Shown piece after piece: positions 1 through 9,079 of a DNA stretch of 64,000 nt. Both the position numbers and the translations under genes were made by a program. The stretch spans positions 1,952,001-2,016,000 of the forward strand of contig OZ245777.1 in NCBI GenBank assembly GCA_965227775.1, given 5' to 3'. Position 1 is the first letter of the stretch; every line of letters begins with the position of its first letter. The notes beneath the pieces were generated by a model, which was given only the letters and a program-made list of their open reading frames with translations, did not search any database and was not told where the DNA came from. The stretch is from Phycisphaerales bacterium (GTDB lineage: Bacteria > Planctomycetota > Phycisphaerae > Phycisphaerales > UBA1924).

Positions 1-53
1 TTAAATAGAAAGGCACTTCCGCTGGTGGGTTTACGCCTTGGCGTCCGGCCGCG

Positions 54-611
54 CTACGCACGATTCCAGGCCCAGCCGCACTCGGGGCATCGCATGGCCC
101 CCGAGGCATCAGGCTGCTTGCCGAGCAGGTCGTACGAGCAGCGTCCGCACGCGGCGATGGCGCCGACTCGCCAGGCGCTCGCGCATTCGGGGCAGGTGGT
201 CAGGCCGTCGCCGCCTTCCGGTACGCTTCCAATGCCGTATCCGCAACTTGGGCAGGTGCCGTTGGCGGCCATCGCCCGCGCGGCATACTGCCGCCCCGGC
301 CCAGTCCAGTGCCAGTTGTGCAGTTGGTTGAGGAGCAGATACAGGCCCACGCCAAAGACCAGCGAGATGATCCCCGCGGTCGAGGCGCTCTGGCGGCCGA
401 TTGAGCCTACGACGATCGAGAGCGCGATGGCCAGCCCGATGACCCCGAGCCCGACGGTGCCATCGATGAACGTCCAGCGCTTCGCCATTGGGCTGAGCAA
501 CTGCCACGGCGGCGTCTTCCAGGGCCAGCGCGGCGCGGACCCGAGTTCGGCGACCACCCGCACCCGCCGCCCGCGTTCGTCGTCGACCTTGGGCTCGGAG
601 ATCCCCATCAC
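54..611 (-). CDS. Membrane protein with two C-terminal zinc ribbons
   Basis: Two hydrophobic helices, then CPSCGY..CPEC and CGRCSYDL..CPECG. Confidence 0.75.
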   Translation of the reverse strand: MMGISEPKVDDERGRRVRVVAELGSAPRWPWKTPPWQLLSPMAKRWTFIDGTVGLGVIGLAIALSIVVGSIGRQSASTAGIISLVFGVGLYLLLNQLHNWHWTGPGRQYAARAMAANGTCPSCGYGIGSVPEGGDGLTTCPECASAWRVGAIAACGRCSYDLLGKQPDASGAMRCPECGWAWNRA

Positions 612-617
612 GACACG

Positions 618-2030
618 CTATACGGTCGCCGGGTGCGCCCCGTTCACCGCATCGCCGGCCTTGGCCAGATGCTCGATGAGATCGATCTCGCTGAGCACGC
701 CAACGACCCTGCCCTCGCTGACGACGATCGCGGCCTGCTGCTCGCCGAACACGCCGTAGAGCTCTTCGACGCGCGCGGACGGGCTCAGGATACCGCCGAT
801 CTGCGTTTCGATGTCGCGCACTGGCGAGGTGATGTTGACCTCGTCCTTCTGCAGGCCACGAAGAATGTCGATCTCGTGCACCATGCCCAGCGGCTTGCCA
901 TTTTCGTCGGTCACGGGCACCTGGCTAATTCCGTGGCGGCGCATGAGGTCGATGACGTCGCGGAGCGACTTGTCCTCGTGCACGGTGATGACAGGGGCGC
1001 CCCTCTCGATAAGGTCGCCGACGACGCCAAGGCCGCGCGGCTTCTCAAGGAAGCCGTGCATCTTCATCCAGTCATCCCTCAAGTACTTGGTGATGTAGCG
1101 GCCGGCTGAGTCCGGCAGAATCGCTATGACGGTCTTGCCAGCACCAAGCCGCGTGGCCACCTCGATCGCGACGTGTGCCATGCCCCCTGATGAGCCACCG
1201 CAGTACAGGCCCTCCTCGCGGATGAGCCGGCGCGCCATGTTGAAGCACTCGTAGTCGCTGACCTGGTGCATCTCATCGACGACGCTGGGGTCGAAGGCCT
1301 GGCAGACGATGTCCTCGCCCAAGCCTTCAACCTTGTAGACATAGGGCGTGCTGGGCTCGCCGGTGTTGAAGATGCTGTAGTGCACGCTGCCGAGCGGATC
1401 GACGCCGACGATCAGCGTCTTGTGGTCCGAGTCCTTCTGCATCTTCTTGAAGTACCGGCCGATGCCCGAGATCGTGCCGCCGGTGCCCGTGCCCACGACG
1501 ATCGCATCGACCTTGCCGCCATCGGTCTGCTCGAAGAGCTCGGGGCCGGTCGATTGCTCGTGCGCCTCGATGTTCCACTGGTTGTGGTATTGGTCCATGT
1601 AGAAGGCGTTGGGGGTCTCGCGCGCCACGGCCTTGGCCCGATTCACGTAGTGCTCGGGGCTGTCGCCCGGCACGTCGGTGGGCGTGATGATGACCTCGGA
1701 TCCGAAGGCCCGAAGCGCGTCGATCTTCTCCTGGCTCATCTTGTCGGGCATCGTGAACACCGCTCGGTACCCGAGCGCCGCGGCCGCCATTGCCGCCCCG
1801 GCACCGGTGTTGCCGCTGGTGTTCTCGACGATGGTCCCGCCGGGCTTGAGCAGGCCCTCCTCTTCGGCCCGGCGGATGATGTGCCAGGCCATTCGGTCCT
1901 TGATGCTGCCGGCCGGATTCATGAACTCGCACTTGGCGTAGACGGTCCCGGCCCCGGGCGGGACGACCTTGTTCAGGCGGACGAGCGGGGTGTTGCCGAT
2001 GGCGTCGAGAATCGTGTCGTAGGCGTGCAT
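618..2030 (-). CDS. cbs: Cystathionine beta-synthase / cysteine synthase family with C-terminal CBS pair
   Basis: IGNTPLV, KCEFMNPAGSIKDR (PLP Lys), TSGNTG, GTGTGGT, C-terminal CBS domains; start trimmed to MHAYDT. Confidence 0.9.
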   Translation of the reverse strand: MHAYDTILDAIGNTPLVRLNKVVPPGAGTVYAKCEFMNPAGSIKDRMAWHIIRRAEEEGLLKPGGTIVENTSGNTGAGAAMAAAALGYRAVFTMPDKMSQEKIDALRAFGSEVIITPTDVPGDSPEHYVNRAKAVARETPNAFYMDQYHNQWNIEAHEQSTGPELFEQTDGGKVDAIVVGTGTGGTISGIGRYFKKMQKDSDHKTLIVGVDPLGSVHYSIFNTGEPSTPYVYKVEGLGEDIVCQAFDPSVVDEMHQVSDYECFNMARRLIREEGLYCGGSSGGMAHVAIEVATRLGAGKTVIAILPDSAGRYITKYLRDDWMKMHGFLEKPRGLGVVGDLIERGAPVITVHEDKSLRDVIDLMRRHGISQVPVTDENGKPLGMVHEIDILRGLQKDEVNITSPVRDIETQIGGILSPSARVEELYGVFGEQQAAIVVSEGRVVGVLSEIDLIEHLAKAGDAVNGAHPATV

Positions 2031-2184
2031 GGAGGATGGTAGGTTCGTGCCATCCCGCTCCCTAAAGGGCTGATGGGTCAATTCGTGCGACTTTGTGGGA
2101 GCAGACTCCGGCGATCGCTGGGTCGGCATCGGGTAGACTCCTGAGAGCTGGGAAGAACGGTGTCCGTAGGCCCATGGCATCAGC

Positions 2185-2987
2185 ATGCAGCACGCCGACA
2201 TCAACGGAGCTCGCATCGCCTACGAAGCCGTGGGCAATGGCGATCCCGTGCTGCTCATCCATGCGGGGGTTGCCGATCGCCGCATGTGGGACGCGAACGT
2301 CTCGGTACTCGCCGAGCACTTTCGAGTCGTGCGCTACGACATGCGGCGATCGGCGAATCCACGCTGCCACCCAGAGCATTTCGCAACCATCAAGACGCGA
2401 TCGGCGTGCTTGATGCGATGGCCATCGAGCGTGCGCACGTGGTTGGCATCTCCTTTGGCGGCCTCATTGCGATCGAACTCGCCCTGGCACACCCCGATCG
2501 CGTCGGTCGCCTGGTGCTTGGTGCGCCCAGCGTCCGCGGTGAAACGCCAAGCGAGCGGATCCGGTCGTTCTGGGACGAGGAGGAGTCCTTGCTGGAATCG
2601 GGCGATCTCGAAGCGGCCACCGAGCTCAATCTCCGGTTTTGGGTCGACGGCCCGCACCGCCAGCCCGACCAAGTCGACCCCGATGTCCGCGAGTTGGTGC
2701 GTGCCATGCAGATGGCCGCGTTTGAGGTGCCCGAGCCCGAGGGCCCCGAGGTCGACGAGATCGAGCCAGATCCGCCCGCGATCACCCGGCTGGCCGAGCT
2801 GACGATGCCAACCCTCGTGCTGTGCGGAGAACTCGACCTGCCCGAGAAGATCGAGACCGCGAGAGCATTGGGCACTGAACTGCCCAATGCCAGGGTTGAG
2901 ACTTTTACCGGCGTCGCGCACATGTTGAACATGGAGCGGCCAGAACTCCTCAATCGCCTTGTTGCGGACTTCCTGCTCTCTTCTTAG
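2185..2987 (+). pseudogene. Alpha/beta hydrolase split by a single frameshift near 2345 (pseudogene or sequence error)
   Basis: N-terminus (LLIHAG..RMWD..VVRYDMR) is in the 2185 frame; GES.., GISFGG nucleophile, GELD and AHMLNME are in the 2160..2987 frame. Confidence 0.8.
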
Positions 2988-3014
2988 CCAGCCGAATCGC
3001 CGATACCATGTATC

Positions 3015-4043
3015 ATGGCAATCTCCGACGCCAACCTCGATGCCCCCGCCCGCATCTTCACACTCACGCTCAACCCGTGCATCGACATGGGCGTCGAGGT
3101 GAGGAAGGTCGAGCCCGAGCACAAGCTCCGCTGCGAGCAGCCACGCCGTGAGCCCGGTGGTGGTGGGCTGAATGTCACGCGGGCCATCGCAGAGATCGGT
3201 GGCAAGTCGACCGCCGTCTTTCCCGCCGGCGGCAAGACTGGTGATCTGCTCAAGTTCTTGGTCGGCTTCTACTGCACGGGCAAGGCATGCGACCAGCGCG
3301 GCGTGCCCGTCCAGGCCCCGACGCGTGAGAACGTCATCGTCACGGAGACGAGCACGGGCGACCAGTTCCGATTCAACATGCCCGGAGCCGAACTCAACGA
3401 CGATGAGGCCGAGGCTTGCCTCGAGGCACTCGTCGACGGCGTTGGCTCGATCGAGGGGGGGGGGCTTGCGGTGATCAGCGGCAGCCTGCCGCCCGGCGTC
3501 GAGCCACCGTTCGTGCGCACGATCATTGAACGTGTCCGTGCCGTTGGGGGTCGCGTCGTCGTCGATAGCTCGGGGCCGGCGCTCCGCGAAGCACTTGGCA
3601 TGGGCGTGTGCATGGTCAAGCCCAACCGGCGCGAACTCGCTGATGCGGTGGGGGGCATGAATCCAGACGAGTCGAACCCCGCCGTCGTCGGCGCTGCGGC
3701 GATCGAACTGGCGCAGAAGCACAACATCACCTACGTGCTCGTCAGCATGGGCGGGGATGGCGCCGTCCTCGCGATGAAGGATGGCTACGCCCACTGCCCG
3801 GCACCAAAAGTCGACGTCAAGAGCGCAACCGGAGCCGGAGACAGCATGGTCGCGGCGGCCGTGCTGGCCATCGAGCGCGGCTGTTCGCCCGAGGAGATCC
3901 TCCGCAACGGCGTGGCCGCCGGCGCCGCCGCCGCCATCACGCCCGGTACCGAGCTGCTCAAGCGCCCAGACTTCGAGCGGTTGCGCGACTCGTTGCCCAT
4001 GCCCACGATGAATCGCTCGGTACCCGCCAAGGCCAAGGCATGA
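3015..4043 (+). CDS. 1-phosphofructokinase / PfkB family hexose kinase
   Basis: TLTLNPCID, PGGGGLNV, SGSLPPG, KPNRREL, SATGAGDS. Confidence 0.9.
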   Translation: MAISDANLDAPARIFTLTLNPCIDMGVEVRKVEPEHKLRCEQPRREPGGGGLNVTRAIAEIGGKSTAVFPAGGKTGDLLKFLVGFYCTGKACDQRGVPVQAPTRENVIVTETSTGDQFRFNMPGAELNDDEAEACLEALVDGVGSIEGGGLAVISGSLPPGVEPPFVRTIIERVRAVGGRVVVDSSGPALREALGMGVCMVKPNRRELADAVGGMNPDESNPAVVGAAAIELAQKHNITYVLVSMGGDGAVLAMKDGYAHCPAPKVDVKSATGAGDSMVAAAVLAIERGCSPEEILRNGVAAGAAAAITPGTELLKRPDFERLRDSLPMPTMNRSVPAKAKA

Positions 4044-4246
4044 CGGAGGACAATCGTCATCCTGAGGACAAACCCGGCCTGATGCGTTCGCTGGGCGCCT
4101 TTGTCGGCGAGATCGTGAAGGCTGTCAAGACCGATCCCAAGGAATCGCCACCGCCGCGCGAGATCGGTGACAACGACGAGGTCATCCTGCGTCGAACGAC
4201 CACGACCGTCGACGAGGTTCGCATTCGCAAGAGCGACGACGCCTGA
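4040..4246 (+). CDS. Small hypothetical protein
   Basis: ATGA overlap with the pfkB stop; fills the gap before a convergent gene. Confidence 0.6.
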   Translation: MTEDNRHPEDKPGLMRSLGAFVGEIVKAVKTDPKESPPPREIGDNDEVILRRTTTTVDEVRIRKSDDA

Positions 4247-4252
4247 GGTCAC

Positions 4253-5776
4253 TCAGAGCTTGTACACCTCGCGGAGTTTGCCGCCCAGGTAATCCATGAG
4301 CGGCTGGCTCTCGAGCGGCCGCCCGGTGACCTTCTCACACAGCTCGCCCGCGCCGTATCTCCGGCCGTGCGAGTGAATGCTCTTGTTGAGCCACTGCTTG
4401 AGGCGGCCAAAGTCGCCCTTGGCAAACTCGTCTTCGAGCCCCGGCAACTCCTTGTTGATGGTTTGCCAGAACTGGGCGGCGTAGAGATTACCGAGCGTGT
4501 AGGTCGGAAAGTAGCCAAACAGACCAAAGCTCCAATGCACGTCCTGCAGGCAACCGTTGGTGTCGTCGGGCACGTCCAGGCCCAGCAACTCCTTGAACCG
4601 CGCGTTCCACGCGCCCGGAAGATCGGCGACCGACAAGTCGCCCGAGAGCATCGCCCGCTCGATGCCGAACCGCAGCATCACGTGCAGGTTGTACGTGCCC
4701 TCGTCGGCCTCGACGCGGATGAACGTCGGCCGCACGATGTTGACCGCTCGGTACACCTCTTCCTGATCGAACCTGCCAAGCTCGGCGAACTGGTCGCATG
4801 TTTCCTTGTAGATCCACGCCCAGAACGGCCGGCTGCGGCCGACCATGTTCTCCCACATCCGGCTCTGGCTCTCATGGATGCCCAGCGAGATGCTGTCGGC
4901 CAGCGGCGTCCCGAAGGATTCGACTTTGGCGCCGCCGGGGCCTTCGTGCGCGCCACCCTTGGGTAGGCCCTGCTCGTACATGCCGTGGCCGGCCTCGTGC
5001 ATCGTGCCGTAGAGCGCGCCCGGGAAGTACTTCTCGTCGTAGCGCGTCGTTAGCCGCGTATCGCCCGGCGCGAGCCCTTCGCAGAACGGGTGCGTCGTGA
5101 TGTCCAGCCTGCCCGCATCAAGATCGAATCCGATCGCCTTGAGCACATGCATGCCGAGCGCGTGCTGGCGATCTTCTGGCGCGTGAACCTGCGTCGGCGC
5201 ATCGTCCGGGGACGTACCGCTTTCGGTGAGTTCCTTCACGAGCGCCGAGAGCTTTTCACCCAGCGGCGTGAAGACGGCCTCGACCTCCTTAGCCGTCGCG
5301 TTGGGCTCGTACTCGTCGAGCAGCGCGTCGTACAACTCGCCCTCGTAGCCGTAAGCCTGTGCCTTCTGCCGTGAGAGTTCGACCATCTTACTCAGCCAGG
5401 GTTCGAAGGTCTTGAAGTCGTTGTTCTTGCGCGCGTCCTTCCAGACGTCCTGCGCCTTGCTGCCAGTGCGCGCGAGCTCTTCGACCAGCGACTTGGGGAG
5501 CTTCGTTTGCTTGTCGTAGTCTCGCTTGAACTCACGTACGCAGGCGGCCTGCTGGTCGTTCAGCCCTTCGCTCCCAGCCGCCGAGATCAGATCTCCAAAC
5601 TCATTTGACGTGCCGCGCTCGTGCACCATGCCGGCCAGCAAGGCCATCTGCTCGGCTCGTGACTCGCCGCCGCCTCTGGGCATGTAGGTTTCTTGATCCC
5701 ACGCAAGCAAGGCAGCAATGGATCGGAGCGTTGCTCCCTGACGCGCGTAGGCGCACAACTCGGCGTACTTCGACAT
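4253..5776 (-). CDS. Carboxypeptidase Taq, peptidase family M32
   Basis: WDQETYMP, HPF, HEAGH, HESQS, IRVEADE, QDVHW, GYFPTY. Confidence 0.95.
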   Translation of the reverse strand: MSKYAELCAYARQGATLRSIAALLAWDQETYMPRGGGESRAEQMALLAGMVHERGTSNEFGDLISAAGSEGLNDQQAACVREFKRDYDKQTKLPKSLVEELARTGSKAQDVWKDARKNNDFKTFEPWLSKMVELSRQKAQAYGYEGELYDALLDEYEPNATAKEVEAVFTPLGEKLSALVKELTESGTSPDDAPTQVHAPEDRQHALGMHVLKAIGFDLDAGRLDITTHPFCEGLAPGDTRLTTRYDEKYFPGALYGTMHEAGHGMYEQGLPKGGAHEGPGGAKVESFGTPLADSISLGIHESQSRMWENMVGRSRPFWAWIYKETCDQFAELGRFDQEEVYRAVNIVRPTFIRVEADEGTYNLHVMLRFGIERAMLSGDLSVADLPGAWNARFKELLGLDVPDDTNGCLQDVHWSFGLFGYFPTYTLGNLYAAQFWQTINKELPGLEDEFAKGDFGRLKQWLNKSIHSHGRRYGAGELCEKVTGRPLESQPLMDYLGGKLREVYKL

Positions 5777-5823
5777 GCGGTTCTCTCCGAAGGGATTCTA
5801 AAGATCGAATAAAGTGAAGCGAA

Positions 5824-7572
5824 TCACTCGGGCAGCTTGGCAAGCTCGGCCTCGACACGCTCGGCCAAACGGGAGATCGTGTCGACCGAGAAGTCGAGCT
5901 TCACGCCGGCTGCCTCGAACAACTCGGGCAGCGGTCGCGAGCCGCCGAGCGAGAGCGCGTGCAGGTACGCGTCGATGGCGGTCGATTCGCCCTCGTCGAG
6001 CGAACGCATCCAGAGCTGCAGCGCACCGAGCTGGGCGATGCCGTACTCGATGTAGTAAAACGGATGGCTGAACAGGTGGAGCTGCCGTTGCCACTGTGTC
6101 TCGCGCTCGCGTTGCAGGCCGTCCCAGGACACATCGTTGCCGAAACGCTCATCGAGTTCGAGCCAGGCCGCGGTGCGCTCCTCGTGCGTGTGCTCGGGGT
6201 TGCTGTAGATGAAGTGCTGGAACGCGTCGATCGTCGCGATCCAAGCAAGCATCGAGACGCTGCCCTCGAGCTGCTCGCGCATCGCACGGGCGTGGTTCGC
6301 CTCGTCGCTGTAGAAGCCGTTCGCGCCGCCCCAGTGCGGCATGCTCAGCAGTTCCATCGACATGCTCGCAACCTCGGCGAACTCGATCGGGCTGTGGCGA
6401 TAATGCAGCAGCGGCTCGTCCTTGCACATCATGCTGTGGAACGCGTGCCCCGCTTCGTGCACCATGGTCTCGACGTCGCGGTGCAGGCCGGCCGCGTTCA
6501 TGAAGATGAACGGCTCGCGCACGCGATCCCGCATGTACTGATAGCCCCCCGGGCCCTTGCCCTTGCGGCTGTCCAGGTCCATGAGCGCGCCGTTGGCTGG
6601 TCCGTTGCTGTTGCTGCCATCGCCGAGCGTCGCGAACATATCGGCCAGCCGTGGGTCGATCGCGTCAAACGCCGCCTTCGATCTGCTGACCAGTTCCACG
6701 CCGCCCTTGAAGGGCTTGAGCGGCTCACGACCAAGCGGATCGACCGCCAGGTCCCACGGCCGGAGTGGATCGATGCCCATCTTCTCGCGGCGCGTCGCAT
6801 CGAGCTTGCGCTTGAACGGCACGACGACCTTCGCCACCGCGTCGTGAAAGTCCTTGCAGTCCGCGGGCGTGTAATCGAAGCGATGCATCGACGCGAAGGC
6901 ATAGCCCACGTAATCGTTGTGGCCCGCGTTCTTGGCGACCTGATGGCGCAGCTCGATCAAGCGATCATAAATGCCGTTGATCTTCGTGGCGTCCTGCAGC
7001 CGCCTCTCGGCGATGCCCCGCCAGGCCTTCTCACGAACCTCGCGATCGGTCTGCTGGAGGTAGACCGCCATCTGGGGCAGCGTTTTCTCTTCGCCTTCGA
7101 ATTCGACAGTCATCGCGCCGACGGTCTCGGTGTAGGTCTGCTCGACCTTGTCGATCTCGGTCTGCAGCGGAACGTTCTCGTCGCGATACAGCTCGACATC
7201 GGCCTTCACATCACGAGCCAGCACCTCGTACCGCTCGCCGCTGAGCCCGAACTTCTCGGCCAACTCGACCTGACGCTGATCGAGCTTAAAGCCCGCGGGC
7301 TTCAGCTTTGGCGCGACGTTCTCCAGGAAGCTGGTATATGCAGTCCGCTTGGCGTCATTCGCGGTGTCGCATGTCATCGCGATGTACAGGTTGGCCTGCG
7401 CCTCGCTGCACGCCGCCTCGAGTTCGCTGCGGTCTACGAGCCAACGCTCCAACTCGTCCTTATCGGAGACCGCTCGGTCGGCGAGTTCCTCAAACAACGG
7501 GCGGACGTTGTCCCACTTGGTCGCGTCGATGTCTTCGGGCACCAGGCCCGTCGGGGCGGCGGCGGTGGTCAT
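5824..7572 (-). CDS. M3 family oligoendopeptidase
   Basis: LRPWD, HEAGHAFH, EFAEVASMSME, HPFYYIEY; start trimmed to MTTAAA. Confidence 0.93.
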   Translation of the reverse strand: MTTAAAPTGLVPEDIDATKWDNVRPLFEELADRAVSDKDELERWLVDRSELEAACSEAQANLYIAMTCDTANDAKRTAYTSFLENVAPKLKPAGFKLDQRQVELAEKFGLSGERYEVLARDVKADVELYRDENVPLQTEIDKVEQTYTETVGAMTVEFEGEEKTLPQMAVYLQQTDREVREKAWRGIAERRLQDATKINGIYDRLIELRHQVAKNAGHNDYVGYAFASMHRFDYTPADCKDFHDAVAKVVVPFKRKLDATRREKMGIDPLRPWDLAVDPLGREPLKPFKGGVELVSRSKAAFDAIDPRLADMFATLGDGSNSNGPANGALMDLDSRKGKGPGGYQYMRDRVREPFIFMNAAGLHRDVETMVHEAGHAFHSMMCKDEPLLHYRHSPIEFAEVASMSMELLSMPHWGGANGFYSDEANHARAMREQLEGSVSMLAWIATIDAFQHFIYSNPEHTHEERTAAWLELDERFGNDVSWDGLQRERETQWQRQLHLFSHPFYYIEYGIAQLGALQLWMRSLDEGESTAIDAYLHALSLGGSRPLPELFEAAGVKLDFSVDTISRLAERVEAELAKLPE

Positions 7573-7682
7573 TTGGAGGCCTCCAATGCGGTTCGAGAAG
7601 ATTCGTCCGGGATCCAACCCGGGAGCGGAACGGCATGATAGACCGGCATCAATTTCGAGCGAATGGGCGTCTGCCAAATGAA

Positions 7683-7712
7683 AAGGACCACCCTCATTCG
7701 AAGGTGGTCCTT
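7683..7712 (-). terminator. Intrinsic terminator
   Basis: AAGGACCACC-N10-GGTGGTCCTT stem, with a T run following on the minus strand. Confidence 0.75.
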
Positions 7713-7734
7713 GTAAGACGGTCGAGTCGGCTAC

Positions 7735-9051
7735 TTACTTCGCGAGGTCGCGGAGCAGTTCCTCTTGCTCACGAACCCACCTGCGGAAGTCTTCTTCCGA
7801 CGAATTCAGGATGAAGAGTGCCAGGCGGGGGTTGTTGTCGACCATGCGGACGATCGAGTTCAGGCTCCGACGGGCAAATCCGAGGAACTTGCCACGATCG
7901 TTGACCGGCACGCCCTGAGCCAAGCCCACAGCGACCTCGTAACCCTCGAAGTACTGGTTGATGCTCTGCTCGTCACGAGCGGTCTGCTCGCGGAAGCGAC
8001 GCAGGTACTTCTCGGCCTTGCTCACGGGCCAGGCAACACCATCAACCTCGTCACCAACCCACTCGACCTCGGTCAGGCCCATCGCCTTGCCGAGCTCGTC
8101 AAGGGTGTCCGCGATGCCATCGGCAAAGCCGATCTGCTGGGCCGTCACGCTGGTGAGCGCAAGCACGCGGTTGGGCTTGTTGATGACAACCTCGCCGTCG
8201 GCGTTCTGGTACATGGCCTCGACGCGACCGTTCTCGTCAAGATCGACCGAGAGCGGCTCAAGAATCTGCATCGCGCGGATGATGCGTGGATCATGGCCGC
8301 CACGCTCGCTGATGAGCTCGGCGAAGTACAGGATGTCTTCGAGCCCGCGGCCCTTGACCGCCTGCAGCGCACCGAACCATGCCGTGTTGCCGCCGTAGGC
8401 GCCACGACGCATGAAGTAGTGCTCCTCGAGCGTGTGCGGCGTCAGCGAAGCTGCCGAGATCGCATAGTCGACCCAGGCAGCCGTGCGGAACTTGGGCTTG
8501 AACTCGTTGTGGAGCACATCGCTCAGAGGCTCCATCTCGAGCACGGCGCCGCCGCCCGAGTTGATACGGAACACGACGATGTCGATGTTCTCTTCTTCGA
8601 GAAGCGGGATGACCTCACGCAGCGACTGGGCAGTGATGTACGTGCCCACCATGCCCTGGCCCGCGTCGGCATCGCCATAGCTCAGCACCACGGCCCGCGG
8701 TGCGCCAGAAGACACGGCCTGGCGCGTGCGCTCGGCCTTGGGCTCATCGGCCTCGGCCGGTGGGGCCGGGTCGGTCACGGTCGGGGACGAGGGCGTTTCG
8801 ACCCCATCGCCTTCCACGTCGCGCTCGATCTTGAGCACGTCCGAGGCGGCAAAGAACTGGGTCATGCCGTCATCGGTCTTCACCCACACCGAGCCATTCA
8901 GCTCTCGGGCGATCTCGCCCTCGATAACGCGCCCATCGTTCAGGGTCACGCGGTCGAGCGCGAAGCCGAGCTGCACGCAGCCCAGCACAGCCATAGCGCA
9001 GGCAGCACCCATTGCCGTCCGACGCCACGTGTTATTCACAAACTTGATCAT
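7735..9051 (-). CDS. Exported ClpP/crotonase-fold (NfeD N-domain-like) protein, paralog A
   Basis: Signal-peptide-like N-terminus; small beta domain DRVTLNDGRVIEG; Pro-rich linker; INSGGG, AISAAS, LALTSVTAQQIGFADG. Confidence 0.7.
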   Translation of the reverse strand: MIKFVNNTWRRTAMGAACAMAVLGCVQLGFALDRVTLNDGRVIEGEIARELNGSVWVKTDDGMTQFFAASDVLKIERDVEGDGVETPSSPTVTDPAPPAEADEPKAERTRQAVSSGAPRAVVLSYGDADAGQGMVGTYITAQSLREVIPLLEEENIDIVVFRINSGGGAVLEMEPLSDVLHNEFKPKFRTAAWVDYAISAASLTPHTLEEHYFMRRGAYGGNTAWFGALQAVKGRGLEDILYFAELISERGGHDPRIIRAMQILEPLSVDLDENGRVEAMYQNADGEVVINKPNRVLALTSVTAQQIGFADGIADTLDELGKAMGLTEVEWVGDEVDGVAWPVSKAEKYLRRFREQTARDEQSINQYFEGYEVAVGLAQGVPVNDRGKFLGFARRSLNSIVRMVDNNPRLALFILNSSEEDFRRWVREQEELLRDLAK

Positions 9052-9079
9052 GATTCAATCTCCGGGTCGGGGCGTGGGA

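Noticed and set aside
2335..2360. Programmed ribosomal frameshift in the hydrolase
   Set aside because: No slippery sequence or obvious stimulator; a simple indel is more parsimonious.
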